DNA of 64,000 bases from Scyliorhinus canicula (lineage: Eukaryota), in assembly GCF_902713615.1 (NCBI RefSeq), contig NW_024055478.1:678363-742362 (forward strand), read 5' to 3'. Shown here in pieces: positions 21,030 through 33,879 of this stretch. The translations under genes were made by a program, and so were the position numbers. Positions within the stretch are counted from its first letter, which is position 1, and each line of letters starts with the position of its first letter. Under the pieces are notes generated by a model. The model was not told where the DNA came from. It did no database searches and saw nothing but the letters and a program-made list of their open reading frames with translations.

Positions 21030-21401
21030 GTGTCCAGTCGGATATTGAGGATATTGACGACATTATGTTGACTCAGTCAGAGGCAGAGACCGGGAATCCC
21101 GGAGGCTCCATGAGGCTGACCTGTAAAATCAGCGGCTTCAATCTTGACGACACCTGGATGAGCTGGATCCGACAGGTTCCCGGACAGGGGCTGGATTCGC
21201 TGATTTGGTACGACAGTTCTTCAGTCAGCTTCCATGCCCCAGAGATTCAGAATCGATTTTCTGCGTCCAAAGACCTTGCAAACAACATCTTCTCTTTAAC
21301 CATGACGAGTCTGAAGACCGAAGACACCGCCATCTATTACTGTGCAAGCTCCGGGGGTCTGGACTATTGGGGACAAGGGACAATGGTGACGGTGACTGCA
21401 G
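21030..21401 (+). CDS. Germline-joined IgM VH-D-JH exon
   Basis: Acceptor TTTTACAG; one open frame [15 protein letters not shown]...[20 protein letters not shown]...[27 protein letters not shown], then donor G|GTAAAA. No RSS or spacer between V, D and J. Confidence 0.96.
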
Positions 21402-22044
21402 GTAAAAACCATTGAATTATTTACTGGCTGCTTTATTTCAGTCGTTGTTTAGTATTTTTGTCTATTTTAACAAATCATTTGTTCACTAAAATGTGGGTTT
21501 GGTGGATACTATATTGAGATTTTGTTGCAGTGTTTCATGTGATTCTGGTGTAAAAGGTTATATAATTACTTTGCCTCTTGACAAAAGGTTGTGCTGAGTG
21601 ATTCAGTCCCTGGTTGTTATGATTTGATGTTTATTTGCTGAGGATACTGTGTGGTCTGGTTACTTTAAATACCTAACGTCTGTTAAACAGTTTGGCGGTT
21701 CTGCAATGTATAATCTCGGTGACATCTGGAGGCTGCAAGTTTTACCACCTCCTGCAGTGTTGGAAACGAATCCAATATTAACAAAATATGCTAAGTTTGA
21801 TGTGTTCTCCGTATTCACAATACTGATGATATTGTTTCATATTTCTCTTTGGTTTAATTATTAATTCATTTGGTAACAGACTGAGTTGGTGGGTTCGAGA
21901 TTGAAGTTTTCTTGAAAAGTTATGTTCGATTCTGTTGCAAGTGTTTTTTGAACTGAGCTGCTTCTCCACGCAGCGAGCTTTAGCCCCTTGGTGATGAGAT
22001 TCGGTGTTTTCCTGGAGAAGAGATTGTGTGTCTAGGTGACTTGA

Positions 22045-22371
22045 CATAGAACATAGAACAGTACAGCACAGAACAGGCCCTTCGGCCCTCAATGTTGTGC
22101 CGAGCCATGATCACCCTACTCAAACCCACATATCCACCCTATACCCTTAACCTTACATTTATTAGGACACTACGGGCAATTTAGCATGGCCAATCCACCT
22201 AACCCGCACATCTTTGGACTGTGGGAGGAAACCGGAGCACCCGGAGGAAACCCACGCACACAGGGGGAGGACGTGCAGACTCCACACAGACAGTGACCCA
22301 GCCGGGAATCGAACCTGGGACCCTGGAGCTGTGAAGCATTTATGCTAACCACCATGCTACCCTGCTGCCCC
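22045..22371 (-). mobile_element. Young HE1-like SINE in the J-C intron
   Basis: Near-identical to 8336-8683 with a short internal deletion. Confidence 0.9.
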
Positions 22372-24329
22372 CAAATAAGTTATATTTGTGAAACGGTTTG
22401 GCGTTTCTACATTTTTTAAGCTCGGTGACATTGAGATGTTTCCTGGTTTAATGCAAACAATGTACATGTTTGAAACTGTTTGAAACACGACTCTAAGGAG
22501 AAAACGGGCAGGTGTTGGAGATGAAGAAATTAATTAACTATATATTCGGTCTTTTTTATTTTAACTGATGATTACAGATTAAAATCAAACTTTTGGCTTC
22601 ATTCAGAACACAATTCGCTGCTGCAGTCTCAAACTACTTAATGAAAACGTTTTCATATTGGAAAGTAAAATTAATATAATTTAAACAATTATATCGCGGT
22701 TATATAACTCCATATTAACCATAGATGTTTTCATAATAAATATCATCCATCATCAATTGCCTTTCACAATTCTGCTGTGCTCTGCACAGCATTAGCATGA
22801 TCGGAAACGTTTATCGGCTTTAAATATTTTGTGATTTTGCCTGAGCTGTTTTAATAATAACATACTGAATCTACAGCTTTGTTCAGATACACAAGAGATT
22901 GTAAAAACGTTTTATACCCCTAATTACGTTTGCAGTTACTTAAATCTGATTTTAACATTGCAGTTTGGCAATTTGTGTGTACAGTTATTATATTCCCTCT
23001 GTGCAGCTGCAGCAATATGATTCCTTCAATGTCATTTGTAGTTGGAGAGCGAGTCGATTGTCATTAATTTAATCCTAACGTTTTCTGAGAGGTCGAGGTC
23101 TCAGGCAGTGAAGGAGATGTTCGTATGGTTTATTTGAATTGTAGGAATGTTCAAACTGCACAAGGCTGGAGATTGACAAGTAAAACCTTGAAATTCAAAG
23201 AGATTAATTACAAAAGCCGAACATTAGCTTTGCAATAAATAATAACATCCTATCTCCCATAGCTGTGCTGCACACAGAACAGAATTGTGGGAAAACGAAT
23301 GATAGAATAGAAGAAGAAATTATATCTGAACCTCTTGTTTATTTCTTCTGAAACGTTAAAATGAACAAAAAAATCTACTCCATTTGCTCATTGTAATTTA
23401 GTGTTGTGATTAAGGATCTGAACTATTTGTCTTCACTATGTTTACACTGATTAATTTGGATCCGCTTCCATTAAATAATATCTTTGAGGACTAAATTACT
23501 GGGATTTTTTGAGTTTTTAAATCTAGGAAGCTATTTTATTGATGACAGACTGCCAGGGTCTTTATTTATGTTTATATGTGTAGTATCGAATTACGACGGG
23601 TTCAAAACTCGGAAGTCTAGCTTTAACCATAATATGATCTAACCCCCTCGTCCATCCACCACACCCCCCACTGCTACACTGACATATATGGAGAAACACA
23701 TACACAAACGCACGCGCAGGCGTGGGCAGTTCTAACACTGTCAGCAAGGTTGAAAATATCTGCTATATTTCACTCATTGATTTATCACCTGAATTACAGT
23801 CTGAGAATAGATGGAATTCAGGATTTATCACCGCCTTCAGAAATGTGCAAATTTAACATTTTTGGTAGGTTAAAAAAGGGCAGTTAGAGTAAACGCAAAA
23901 AAGTAAGTACTAAAATTTGATTAAATTCATATAAAAGTATTATACTGTCTGAATGTTTCCATCCGGTTATGTGAAGTTTATTGATTAACATTTCTTACTA
24001 CTTAATAAAACTCAGATTATTTAACAATGTTTCATGCAGGAACAAATTTAAATGATAGAAACTATTTTTTACTATTTATATTATAGAGTGCAAGTCATCT
24101 AACAAGACAACTAATTGACAATTAACAATAGCTTACAATGCAATATTAATACTGACTTATTAAACATAAATGACCCCCTACAATTCAGTTGTAGACTCGG
24201 CACGCACAATATAAAAGTTTTTAATGAATTTTAAATTGTATCGAAAATGAATTTAGAAAACAATGAATTTCTTTACTCAGGTATTTTAGTTCGATTATCT
24301 TGTTGATTACATTTTTAATGCTAATAATC

Positions 24330-24617
24330 ATCATTATTGTCACAAGTAGGCTGACATTAGCAACCGAGTTACTGTGAAAAGCCCCTAGTCGCCACATTCT
24401 GGCGCCTGTTCGGGTACGCAGAGGGAGAATTCAGAATTTCCAAATTACTGAACAGCACGTCTTTCGGGACTAGTCGGAGGAAACCGGAGCACCCAGAGCA
24501 AACACACGCAGACACGGTGCAGACTCCGCACAGATAGAGACCAAAGCCGGGAATCGAACCGGGGTCCCTGGTGCTGTGAAGCAACCGTGCTAACCACTGT
24601 GCCACCGTGCCACCCCC
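24330..24617 (-). mobile_element. tRNA-derived SINE (second tail type)
   Basis: Head GGGGTGGCACGGTGGCACAGTGGTTAGC, tail GTGGCGACTAGGGGCTTTTCACAG. Confidence 0.85.
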
Positions 24618-25084
24618 ACATTTAATTAAGCAATTAAATAAAACAGTCAATCGTTTTTTAATGAGAATACTTCCTGGTTTCTTTCATTCTTACTTTGTCA
24701 CCACTCTCTGTTACAGACATGAAACTGCCATTAATCTGTTATATTTAATATGCTCATTGTCAGCGAAATTATATTTTAGGTAACATGACTCAGAGAGGGA
24801 GAAATCGTCGGAGAGAGTATGGGAATGAATGTCAGTTCATTTCAAATCAGCTATTGAATTATTGTTATCAGAAGTTGATCATTGATCAGTTCGAATCAGT
24901 TTGAATGAAATTGACAGATTGAACAGACCTATCTGCTGGGAACTCGATTGTTGTACCGTTTGTGTCTTTTCGATTTATGTCCACATGGTCACTGTGCAGG
25001 GACCAGGAATTTTCCCGACTGGTTGTAAATCTTCTGGTTTCTTCTCCTGTATTTCAGAGAGTAAGATTTAATTGATTTATTTTA

Positions 25085-26690
25085 AAGACATGCATCTGTA
25101 AGAAATGTGAAAATTTGACTTGATATTTGACAAGTGCATCAGAAATTTCTCTCACACGCCCACACGCAAACACATTCTGAAACACACACCGTCTCTCTGT
25201 CTGTCTCTGTTTCACACATCCACACACACACAAAACACACACTCTTTCTCAAAATATTTCCCTCTCTCACACTCTCTCTTGCACACACAACTTCTCTCTC
25301 AAACACACGGAACCTCTCCCACACTATCTCTCTCACACATCCACACAAAAACACTAACATGTTCACACTCTCTCATACACTTTCTCTTACACACATACGC
25401 ACTTCTCACACATGCACAAACACACTCACACACATCATCTCCCTCACATGTCTGTCAAGCAGTTGCACTCTTTCTGACAAACTCGTTTTCTCACACACAC
25501 ACACATACTCTCTCTCTCTTTCTCTCACTCTCTCATACACACACATGCACGCTATTTCTATTTATCTTTCGCTCACTCTCACATACACTCTCATACACAT
25601 TCACTCACACACACATACTCTCACACACTTTTTCTTCACTCACCTGAAGATGGAGCAGTGCTCCCAAAGCTCGTGATTCCAAATATACCTGTTGGACTTT
25701 AACCTGGTGTTGAAAGACTTCGTAGTGTGCGCATCCCAGTCCAACGTCACACTTTCTCTCATCACACGTACTTGCTTACACACACTCTCTCTCTCACACA
25801 TATACTCTGTGGCTTCACAGCACCAAGGTCCCAGAGTCGATGCCCGGCTTGGGTCACTGTCTGTGCAGAGTCTGCATGTTCTCCAGGTGTCTGCGTGGGT
25901 TTCCTCCGGGTGCTCCAGTTTCCTCCCACTAGTCCCGAAAGACGTTCTGTTCGGTCATTTGGAAATTCTGAATTCTCCCTCTGTGTGGTCGGTGCCGGAC
26001 TGTGGCGTGTAGGGACTTTTTACACGAACTTCATTACAATGTAAGGCAACTTGTGACAACAAAGATTATTATTACATACTTTGAACTCTCCCGCACAAAG
26101 ATACATTCTCCTACACGTTCGCTCTCGTCCATACTCTCACTCACATACACACTATCTCCCTCTCACAAATGCACTCTCCCTTTCGCAATGTCTCACACAC
26201 ATTGCCTCGCTCACACACAATCTCACACAGACTTATAGTCTCACGCAGATAGTCTCATGCACAACCTCTTTTGTTCTCACATCTTTTATCACACACACTC
26301 GTTAACATTCACTCAGCCACCTTCACTCATTCCACCCTATCTCCCCACACTCCATCACCCGCAATTGCGTACCCTGGATCACTCACACTCACTTTCACTC
26401 ATACGTGCTTACTCATACACCCACACTCAAGGACGCACTGTAATTTACGCACCTTCACTCAATCCACCACCCTCGTACACCTCCTCACCAACCAACCCTC
26501 CTTCAGTCAGTCATTCACTCTGACCCATTCACTCACACTCATCCATGCTCCCCTTCCTCACTCACTCAGACTCATTCATTCATCTTCACTCACCCACAAT
26601 AACCCACCCTCACTCACCCAACGACACTCACCCACCCTCACTCACTCGCATTGACACATTGTTTCTCACTCTCCGTCATTAATCCACCTT
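25085..26690. repeat. (CA)/(CT)/(CACT)-rich low-complexity tract with embedded Penelope-type arm (about 25640-25745) and SINE (about 25800-26070)
   Basis: Dinucleotide runs; the embedded piece CACCTGAAGATGGAGC...GGACTTTAACCTGGTG matches one arm of the 37411 palindrome. Confidence 0.85.
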
Positions 26691-26694
26691 CATT

Positions 26695-27790
26695 CAAAGA
26701 ACAACAAAGAACAAAGAAACGCACAGCACAGGAACAGGCCCTTCGGCCCTCCAAGCCTGCGCCGACCATGGTTGGCCGTCGAAACTAAAATCTTCTACAC
26801 TTCCGGGGTCCGTATCCCTCTATTCCCATCCTATTCCGTATTTGTCAAGATGCTCCTTCAACGTCACTATCGTCCCTGCTTCCACCATCTCCTCTGGCAG
26901 CGAATTCCAAGTACCTACAACCCTCTGGGTTAAAACCTTGCCTCATACCTCATACATGCCCCATGCAGCTCCTCTAATCCTTCGCCCTCGCACCTTAAAC
27001 CTATACCCCTTGACCCCTCTACCCTGGGAAAAAGTCTCTGACTATCCACACTGTCTATGACTCTCATAATTTTGTAGACCTCTATCAGGTCGCCCCTCAA
27101 CCTCCTTCGTTCCAGTGAGAACAAACCAAGCTTATTCATCCTCTCCTCATAGCTAATGCCCTCCATACCAAGCAATTCCTGGTACATCTCTTTTGCACCC
27201 TCGCTAAAGCCTCCACATCCTTCTGGTAGTTTGGCGACCAGAATTGAACACTATACTCTAAGTGTGGCCTAACTAAGGTTACAACATGACCTGCCAATTT
27301 TTATATTCAATTCTCCGGCCGATGAAGGCAAGCCTGCCGTATGCCTTCTTGACTACCTTCTCCACCTGTGTTGCCCCTTTCAGTGACCTGTGGGCCTGTA
27401 ACCATGATCTCTCTGACTGACAATACTCATGAGGGTTCTACCATTCACTGTATTTCCCTACCTGTTTTAGACCTTCCAAAATGCATTACTCATATTTGTC
27501 CGGATTAAACTCCATCTGCCATCACGCCGCCCAAATCTCCAAACTCTCTAAATCCTGCTGTATCCTCTGAGAGTCCATATCGCTATCCAAAATTCCACCA
27601 ACCTTTGTGTCGTCTGCAAACTTACTAATGAGACCAGTTACATTTCCTCCAAATCATGTATATATACTACGAACAGCAAAGGTCCCAGCACTGATCCCAG
27701 CGAAACGCCACTAGTCACAGCCCTCCAATCAGAAAAGCACCCTTCCATTGCTACTCTCTGCCTTCTATGACCTAGCCAGTTCTGTATCCA
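26695..27790 (-). mobile_element. CR1 LINE 3' fragment
   Basis: [42 protein letters not shown]-type motif and CR1 tail. Confidence 0.9.
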
Positions 27791-28089
27791 TTCATGCAAC
27801 CATCCTCACTCGCCAAGCCTTACTCACTCAGCCACACTCGGACACCTCGCACACATCCACCCTCAGTCAGCGCCAAGCTAATCACTCACTCAAACTTAAT
27901 CATGCACGGTCACCTGGATACCCTCAGTCACCTACCTTCAGTCGCCTCACTCACCTGCCGATCTTCCCTCATCCAACTCAGACTCGACCACCCATCCTCA
28001 CGCACCCACCTCTTTCTCATCCACCTTCTGCTCACTCAACCTCACCCATTGACTCACTTGTCCTCTCTCACTCCCGCTCACGAATTGAG

Positions 28090-28720
28090 CGGGAGAGTAT
28101 ATTGGAGGGGAAAGGAAGAAATAACTAGTGCCAGGCCACAGAACGACTGGCACCCGAGCGTGGGTGGCTGACAATGGAATAGCGAGAACCGGAAGAAAGC
28201 ACAGAGCGCTGGGGGAAATGCAGAGAGCCCGATAGAAAGGCAGAGAGTTGGGGGAAAGTGCCAGGGGTGAGGGTTGTCGAAAACGGGAAAGAGGCGTGGG
28301 AACGTTTAATAAAATGACAGAGAGCGTGGAATAGGAAGAAAAGCTTGGGGGAAAGTGCAGCGAGCCTGGGGCAGCATAACCAGCTAGGAAAGAGCAGTTG
28401 AGCAGGTATATCGGCAGAAAGCCAATCGCAGAGAGTGGAGAGAAGGTGCAGGGAGATGGGGGAAAGTGTGGATTTTTGGGACAAGCGCCAAGAATCGGGG
28501 TAAAGGGCCAAGTGCTGGGTAAAGAGTAAAGGGCCAGTGGAAAGTTCTGGAAACTGAGGCAAGCAGCAAAGAACCGGGAATAGTGCAGAACAGCTGGGAA
28601 ACGTGCATGGAGCCAGGGAAAGGACAGTGGTCTGGGTGGGGGGCAAAAGGCTGGTTGTCAGGATAGGTGGAATGTAGAGTTAACCCCACAATCAGCTCAG
28701 CCATAATTTTATTGAATGGC
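28090..28720 (+). repeat. Purine/G-rich degenerate repeat upstream of Cmu1
   Basis: Recurrent GGGG(G)AAA(G)TG motif (about 28210, 28251, 28347, 28459) and several AGCT. Confidence 0.5.
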
Positions 28721-29315
28721 CAAGGGGACCTGGGGACCGACTGGCCGACTCTTGCTGTTAATGTGCTTGATCCAATGATTAGATAGTTTTGGTGTTATTT
28801 GATCTTTTACTCAAATGTAGAGTTCTGTGGTCATTCTCTAAGTATGTCTTTGGAAGGTGTGAAGGTTTGAAAGTCACAATTCATTATAGAGTTGGAGAGA
28901 GGAGGAGGTAACGGTCACTTTGAACAACAGCAATTTCCAAAACTACAATGATATAAAGGAAGAGACAACTTCATTGCCACAAAGAGCTGTTGATTGAGAA
29001 ATAAAAGCTGGCAGAAATAATGAGGTCGACTCTTTGCTCTTCTATTTTATTCCAATTAAAGTGCGTCCATCAGATGACATCAAATGTTAATTTTCTGTAA
29101 TGTGTTAAAGATGAAGAAGGGATCTGAGTGTCTAAAGTGCGAATAACGAGACGGTGATTCCTAAATGATGGAACAAATAGAAGCTCACATATGGATGCAG
29201 GTTTTAATGGGAAAATATTATGATAAGTTTGTATCTGTATCCATACTCTAAGTTGTGTGATACCTTAAGCACAAATAACAGAGCCTAACTTGTTGAATGG
29301 GCCATTCTCTCCCAG

Positions 29316-29612
29316 CGACACCGTCTCCGCCCACTCTCTACATCCTGGTCTCCTCCTGTCAGCAACACAACACCAATGGCTCAGTGACCTACGGCTGTTT
29401 GGCGATGGACTACTCCCCAGAAATCAGCAGCCTTACCTGGAAAAAAGATGGGCAGCCGATCACCACAGGAGTTAAGAAATACCCGTCAGTGAGAAACAAG
29501 AAGGGAACCTACACCCTGAGCACCCTAACCATCATCGAGTCAGAGGGGGGATGCAGCAAAATAAGCTGTGAGGTTCGATACAGCGGCTCAGACAAGAGCA
29601 TTGGAATGACAT
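29316..29612 (+). CDS. IGHM: IgM Cmu1 exon
   Basis: CCCAG|CG ACA CCG...: [17 protein letters not shown]...GCLAMDYSP...TWKK...SCEV..., donor T|GTAAGT. Confidence 0.95.
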
Positions 29613-29824
29613 GTAAGTGTTGTGGAAATTGTGAGAAACAGAAAGCCTATGATTACCTTGTATAGGGTATTCGTTGTAACACATTTACACTAAACTTCAT
29701 TGTCCTGATCCATGGAAATTCCAGCTTAGTGTATATTGGCCGCAAAATTACTATTAAAGTATGAGGCCATTTTATTTATTCTCATTTTTTTCTGTAAGAA
29801 ATGTCTAACACGTGTTTCTTGAAG

Positions 29825-30136
29825 GCCGCCTGCCTGACAACCATCTAAATATTATCCTCACCGTGAGTTCCAGTGAAGAAATCACAAGACAGAAATTTAC
29901 AACCATCGTCTGTTCAGTCAACGATTTTCGTCCAAAGTCAATGACGGTGAAGTGGCTGAAGAATGGACAAGCCATGGGTTCAGGAATTGTCACCTCTCCC
30001 GCCTGTGAAGTGAACGGGAACTTCTCGGCGAGCAGTCGGCTAACAGTCTCCGCTGGGGAATGGTTCAGCAAAGCGGTCTATACCTGCCAGGTCACTCATC
30101 AAGAGGTCACGCAAAGTCACAACATCACCGCGTCTG
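29825..30136 (+). CDS. IGHM: IgM Cmu2 exon
   Basis: TTGAAG|GC...: [20 protein letters not shown]...[17 protein letters not shown]...YTCQVTH...NITAS, donor G|GTAAGA. Confidence 0.93.
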
Positions 30137-30756
30137 GTAAGAGACACAAACAGAGGAAACAATAAATCATCCTGCAATCTGATGTTAATCCAAATCAGGA
30201 ATTTACTAAAGTTACAAAACACAGAACAACTTCTCATTTACTGCCATGTAGTTTGTGTTTCATTCTGATGTCAGAGCTCCATTAGGATTGCTGACCATTC
30301 AGAATTTTATCAGAACAGCAAAGAATGTTTCCTCTACCTTCAAATCATTTAGTGAGTGAGGTGGACTTGATACCAGCTTTATCCTGAGACAACTGGTTGT
30401 ATTTGAGAGGCAGGGGGCGCCTGGATCCCTTTACTGATAACAGCTCCGGGGAAAGTTCATCCAACCTATTTATGGATCAGCGTTCATTACTGCGTTCCAT
30501 CGATCAGCAATGGTGTTCTCGAATTGGGAATGTTGCAATGCTTATTCGTTGGAATGATACCAGGATTGAACGACTTTAACAATGAGAATAGTTTTCATAC
30601 ACAAGCTTGTTTTCCTTTGAGTATCGAAACTAAACGGCAATCGTTAGGGGTTGATATTTCGAAGTTGATTTATTCCCATTGAGTGAGTGAAGGCTGAATA
30701 ATGCTGTCCTGTTTCTTGAGATGGAACTTGGGTTAATTTCATTTTTTCATTCACAG

Positions 30757-31065
30757 ATCCGTCCCTTTGCACTGATGCCTCAGTAACATTACTGCCACCG
30801 CCAATAGAACAGGTCTTACTGGAGGCGACTGTAACCTTAACATGCATCGTTTCGAATGCTCCATATAGAGTCAACGTGTCCTGGAGTGAAGCGACGAAGC
30901 CGCTGAAATCAGAGATTACCGACCAGCCTGAGGCAGATACTGAGAGCGTGGTCAGCAAATTAAACATCTCGACACAAGCCTGGCTGAGTGGGGCTGCTTT
31001 TGACTGTGTGGCGAGCCATCAGGACCTGCCAACTCCTTTAAGAAATTCCATCCGTAAGAATATAG
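30757..31065 (+). CDS. IGHM: IgM Cmu3 exon
   Basis: TCACAG|AT CCG...: [32 protein letters not shown]...W...[15 protein letters not shown], donor G|GTGAGC. Confidence 0.95.
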
Positions 31066-31279
31066 GTGAGCGGTGTCATTGAAGCAATAAGTGAGTCATT
31101 GTGTCTATCTCTAGCGTCAGCACAACGGTCAATATTTAGTGTTCAGTACATCTTCGGTCTACTCTGATGGGTAATTCCGCTAACTAAATAATCTGTGCCT
31201 GTAGAATTTATGGGGAAATTGATATGAATGATGAATGAATTGAAGGTGGTGATATTCGGTTCAGATGGAGCAAGAACAT

Positions 31280-32480
31280 TGACCATAAGTCATAAGAGCT
31301 GGCCTAGGCAAGGGGGCCCATGAAGACTGCCCGGCATTCATCGAAATTATGATTGATCTCATATCAATCTCAATTCCATTTTCCCGCCATAATCCCATAT
31401 TCCTTGATTTTTTTTTTACTCATTAAAAATCTGTCCATCTCAGCGTTCAATATACTTCACGACCAAGTCCCTACATCTATCTGTGTTAAACAATTCCACA
31501 AATTCTCTGCCTTCTGGGAGAAGACATTCCTGCTCATGTCTATCTGAAATAGGGGTTCCCTTACTTTGAAATTATGCCCCAGTCCTAGATCCTTCCACAA
31601 GGGAAATCAACCTCTCAGTATCTACCCTGTAAACCCCCCTGAGAATCGTTTATGTCTCAATCAGATCGTCTTCATTCTAATCTCCAGTGAGTACAGGCCC
31701 AACCAGCTCAACCACTCACAAAAATCCCCCCATACCCGGGATGAACCTCGTGCACATTCACTGGACAGCTTTTAAAAATAATATGTCTGCCTGAGATAAG
31801 GGCGCCAAAACTATTCAAGTACATAAGATGTGGTGTAGCTAGTGCACTGTATAGTTGTAGCAAGGCCTCCCTATTTTTATGTTCCATTCCACTTAAAATG
31901 AAGGTCAACATTCAATTTGCATTCCCTATTAGTTGAATGTTCGCGTTCTGTAATTCCCCAAATCCCTCGTTTCTGCAGTCCTTATCCATCTTTATCCTAA
32001 TTAAAGTTCATTTCCTTTATTTCTCCTACCACAGTACATATTCTTACATTTTCTGACATGAAGTCCCATCTGCCAATTCTCATTTAACTTGCCTTCCTCC
32101 CTATTTATGTGGCTTCTGCCAACTTGGTAATAGTACATTCACTTATCCATCGCTGTTTAGACATTCACGTGGATTACATAGAATCATAGAATTTACACTA
32201 GAGAAGGAGGCCATTCGGCCCATTGTGTTTGCACCGGTCCTTAGAAAGAGCACCCTGCTTAAGACAACACCTCCAGCCTATCTCTGTAACCCCATCTGAC
32301 CTTTTTGGACACTAAGGGTTAATTTATCATGGCTAATCCACCTAACCTGAACATCTTTGGACTGTGGGAGGAAACCCACGCAGACATGGAGAGAACGTGC
32401 AGACCCATGCCAGGAATCGGACCTGGGACACTGGAGCTGCGAAGCAATAGTGCTAACCACTGTGCTACGATGCCGCCAAC
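31280..32480 (-). mobile_element. Decayed CR1 fragments plus SINE in the Cmu3-Cmu4 intron
   Basis: ALLQLYSALATPHLMY CR1-like peptide; HE1-like SINE at about 32160-32480. Confidence 0.75.
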
Positions 32481-33005
32481 AGCTGCTGGTTCACTTTTTG
32501 GCCTGTTTGTTACTTCCTCAAATAGCTGCAATAAACTTGTGAAGCATGATTTTCCCTCCATGATGCCGCGCTGACTGCGAGATTATGTTATGTATTTCTA
32601 AATGCTCTGTTATTACATCCGTTATAATGGACACTAACTGTCTCCCACTGACAGGTGTTAAGGTCACTGGCCCTTTTTTGTCTCTCTCCCTGTTTTGAAT
32701 TTCGGCAGTTTTCCAATCCTCTGGGAGTAAGGTGGGAGGAGCCTGGTGTGAAGCTCATACACCAACACACAACAGTTGGATCAATGACCTGTTTCCCTGC
32801 TGTACACTTTCTGAAACTTTCTGGTACAACCCCGTAAATTCTCAGGCAAACCTCTGCTCCGAGCTGGGAAACCGGTCAGATCCCAAAGTGGAAAATGGAA
32901 GCCTTTAAAATCCAACACAAAACACATTTCTCTCACATCTAACCCGCGGTTCCATTGTCTCCGGAATTCCCCATTTTATTGACATTTATTGTACATTTTC
33001 TGCAG

Positions 33006-33397
33006 ATCCCAATCCGCGGGAACCGTCCGTCTCTGTCCTCCTGCCCTCGGCTGAAGACGTCTCCGTTCAGAGATTCGTCTCCCTCAGCTGCTTAGTGAGA
33101 GGTTTCTCCCCCCGAGAGATCTTCGTCAAGTGGACCGTCAACGACAAGCCGGTGAATCCCGGGAACTACAAGAACACCGAGGTGATGGCGGAGAACGGCA
33201 ATAGCTCCTTCTTCATGTACAGCCTGTTATCCATTGCAGCGGAGGAGTGGGCCAGCGGCGCTTCTTACTCCTGTGTGGTGGGACATGAAGCCATCCCCTT
33301 GAAGATCATCAACAGAACGGTTGATAAATCCAGCGGTAAACCCAGTTTTGTGAACATTTCCCTCGCTCTGATGGACACCGTTAATTCATGTCAATGA
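33006..33397 (+). CDS. IGHM: IgM Cmu4 exon plus secretory tailpiece
   Basis: TGCAG|AT CCC...: [15 protein letters not shown]...[17 protein letters not shown]...YSCVVGHE...[24 protein letters not shown]. Internal TM donor AGC G|GTAAA after 33335. Confidence 0.96.
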
Positions 33398-33431
33398 GAA
33401 TCTATCACTTTCATTTCGAACTGCAAAAAAT

Positions 33432-33437
33432 AATAAA
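33432..33437 (+). terminator. Secretory-form poly(A) signal
   Basis: AATAAA 35 bp after the stop codon. Confidence 0.8.
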
Positions 33438-33879
33438 TGTTTTTACTTCTGCTTGTGATTTAAATACACAACCGCTCAAATACTGTTCCATTTTTTCTAA
33501 TGCCAGATCTGTTTGGTAAAGATCGGATCTTTACAGGACTCAAAGTTTTACGGAAGCAATGCGCGCAGCTCTATTATACCTGCGCTAGAAACTGAGTAAA
33601 TCTCATTCATTATAGCCTTCCGCAAAGTAAATAAATCAGTTTTCCTTCCGCTGTGGATAAGTAGGGCAATTTCTCATTTCAGATAAACAAACGCATCACA
33701 TTACATCTCGGTGTACCTGCTTTTCTCATTGTTCATTCATTGAAATATGATATCAGCTGTAAGTTGCTGCCCCACACCCTCTGCAAACTGAATTGCGGGT
33801 CTCACAGAAACATAGACCAACTATCCCAAGAGAGGAGAAAGGTACATGGTTAATCTGCTTCACACTGTATCTAATCCAC

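Noticed and set aside
21338-21344. Cryptic heptamer TACTGTG at the end of the VH (possible V-replacement target for TCR Vs)
   Set aside because: It is simply the Tyr-Cys-Ala codons, and no nonamer-like sequence lies 12 or 23 bp upstream.
24957-24996. CACTGTG with a weak nonamer in the J-C intron (possible second JH)
   Set aside because: The spacer would be 24 bp, and no WGxG/FGxG motif or donor follows.
25054-26654. His/Thr/Ser/Leu-rich ORFs (also Cys/Val-rich ORFs at 17070 and 35991)
   Set aside because: Translations of (CA)n/(TG)n low-complexity DNA.
21402-29315. Intronic enhancer (E-mu-like) in the J-C intron
   Set aside because: Only near-octamer and scattered E-box matches in AT-rich DNA; no cluster I can support from sequence alone.
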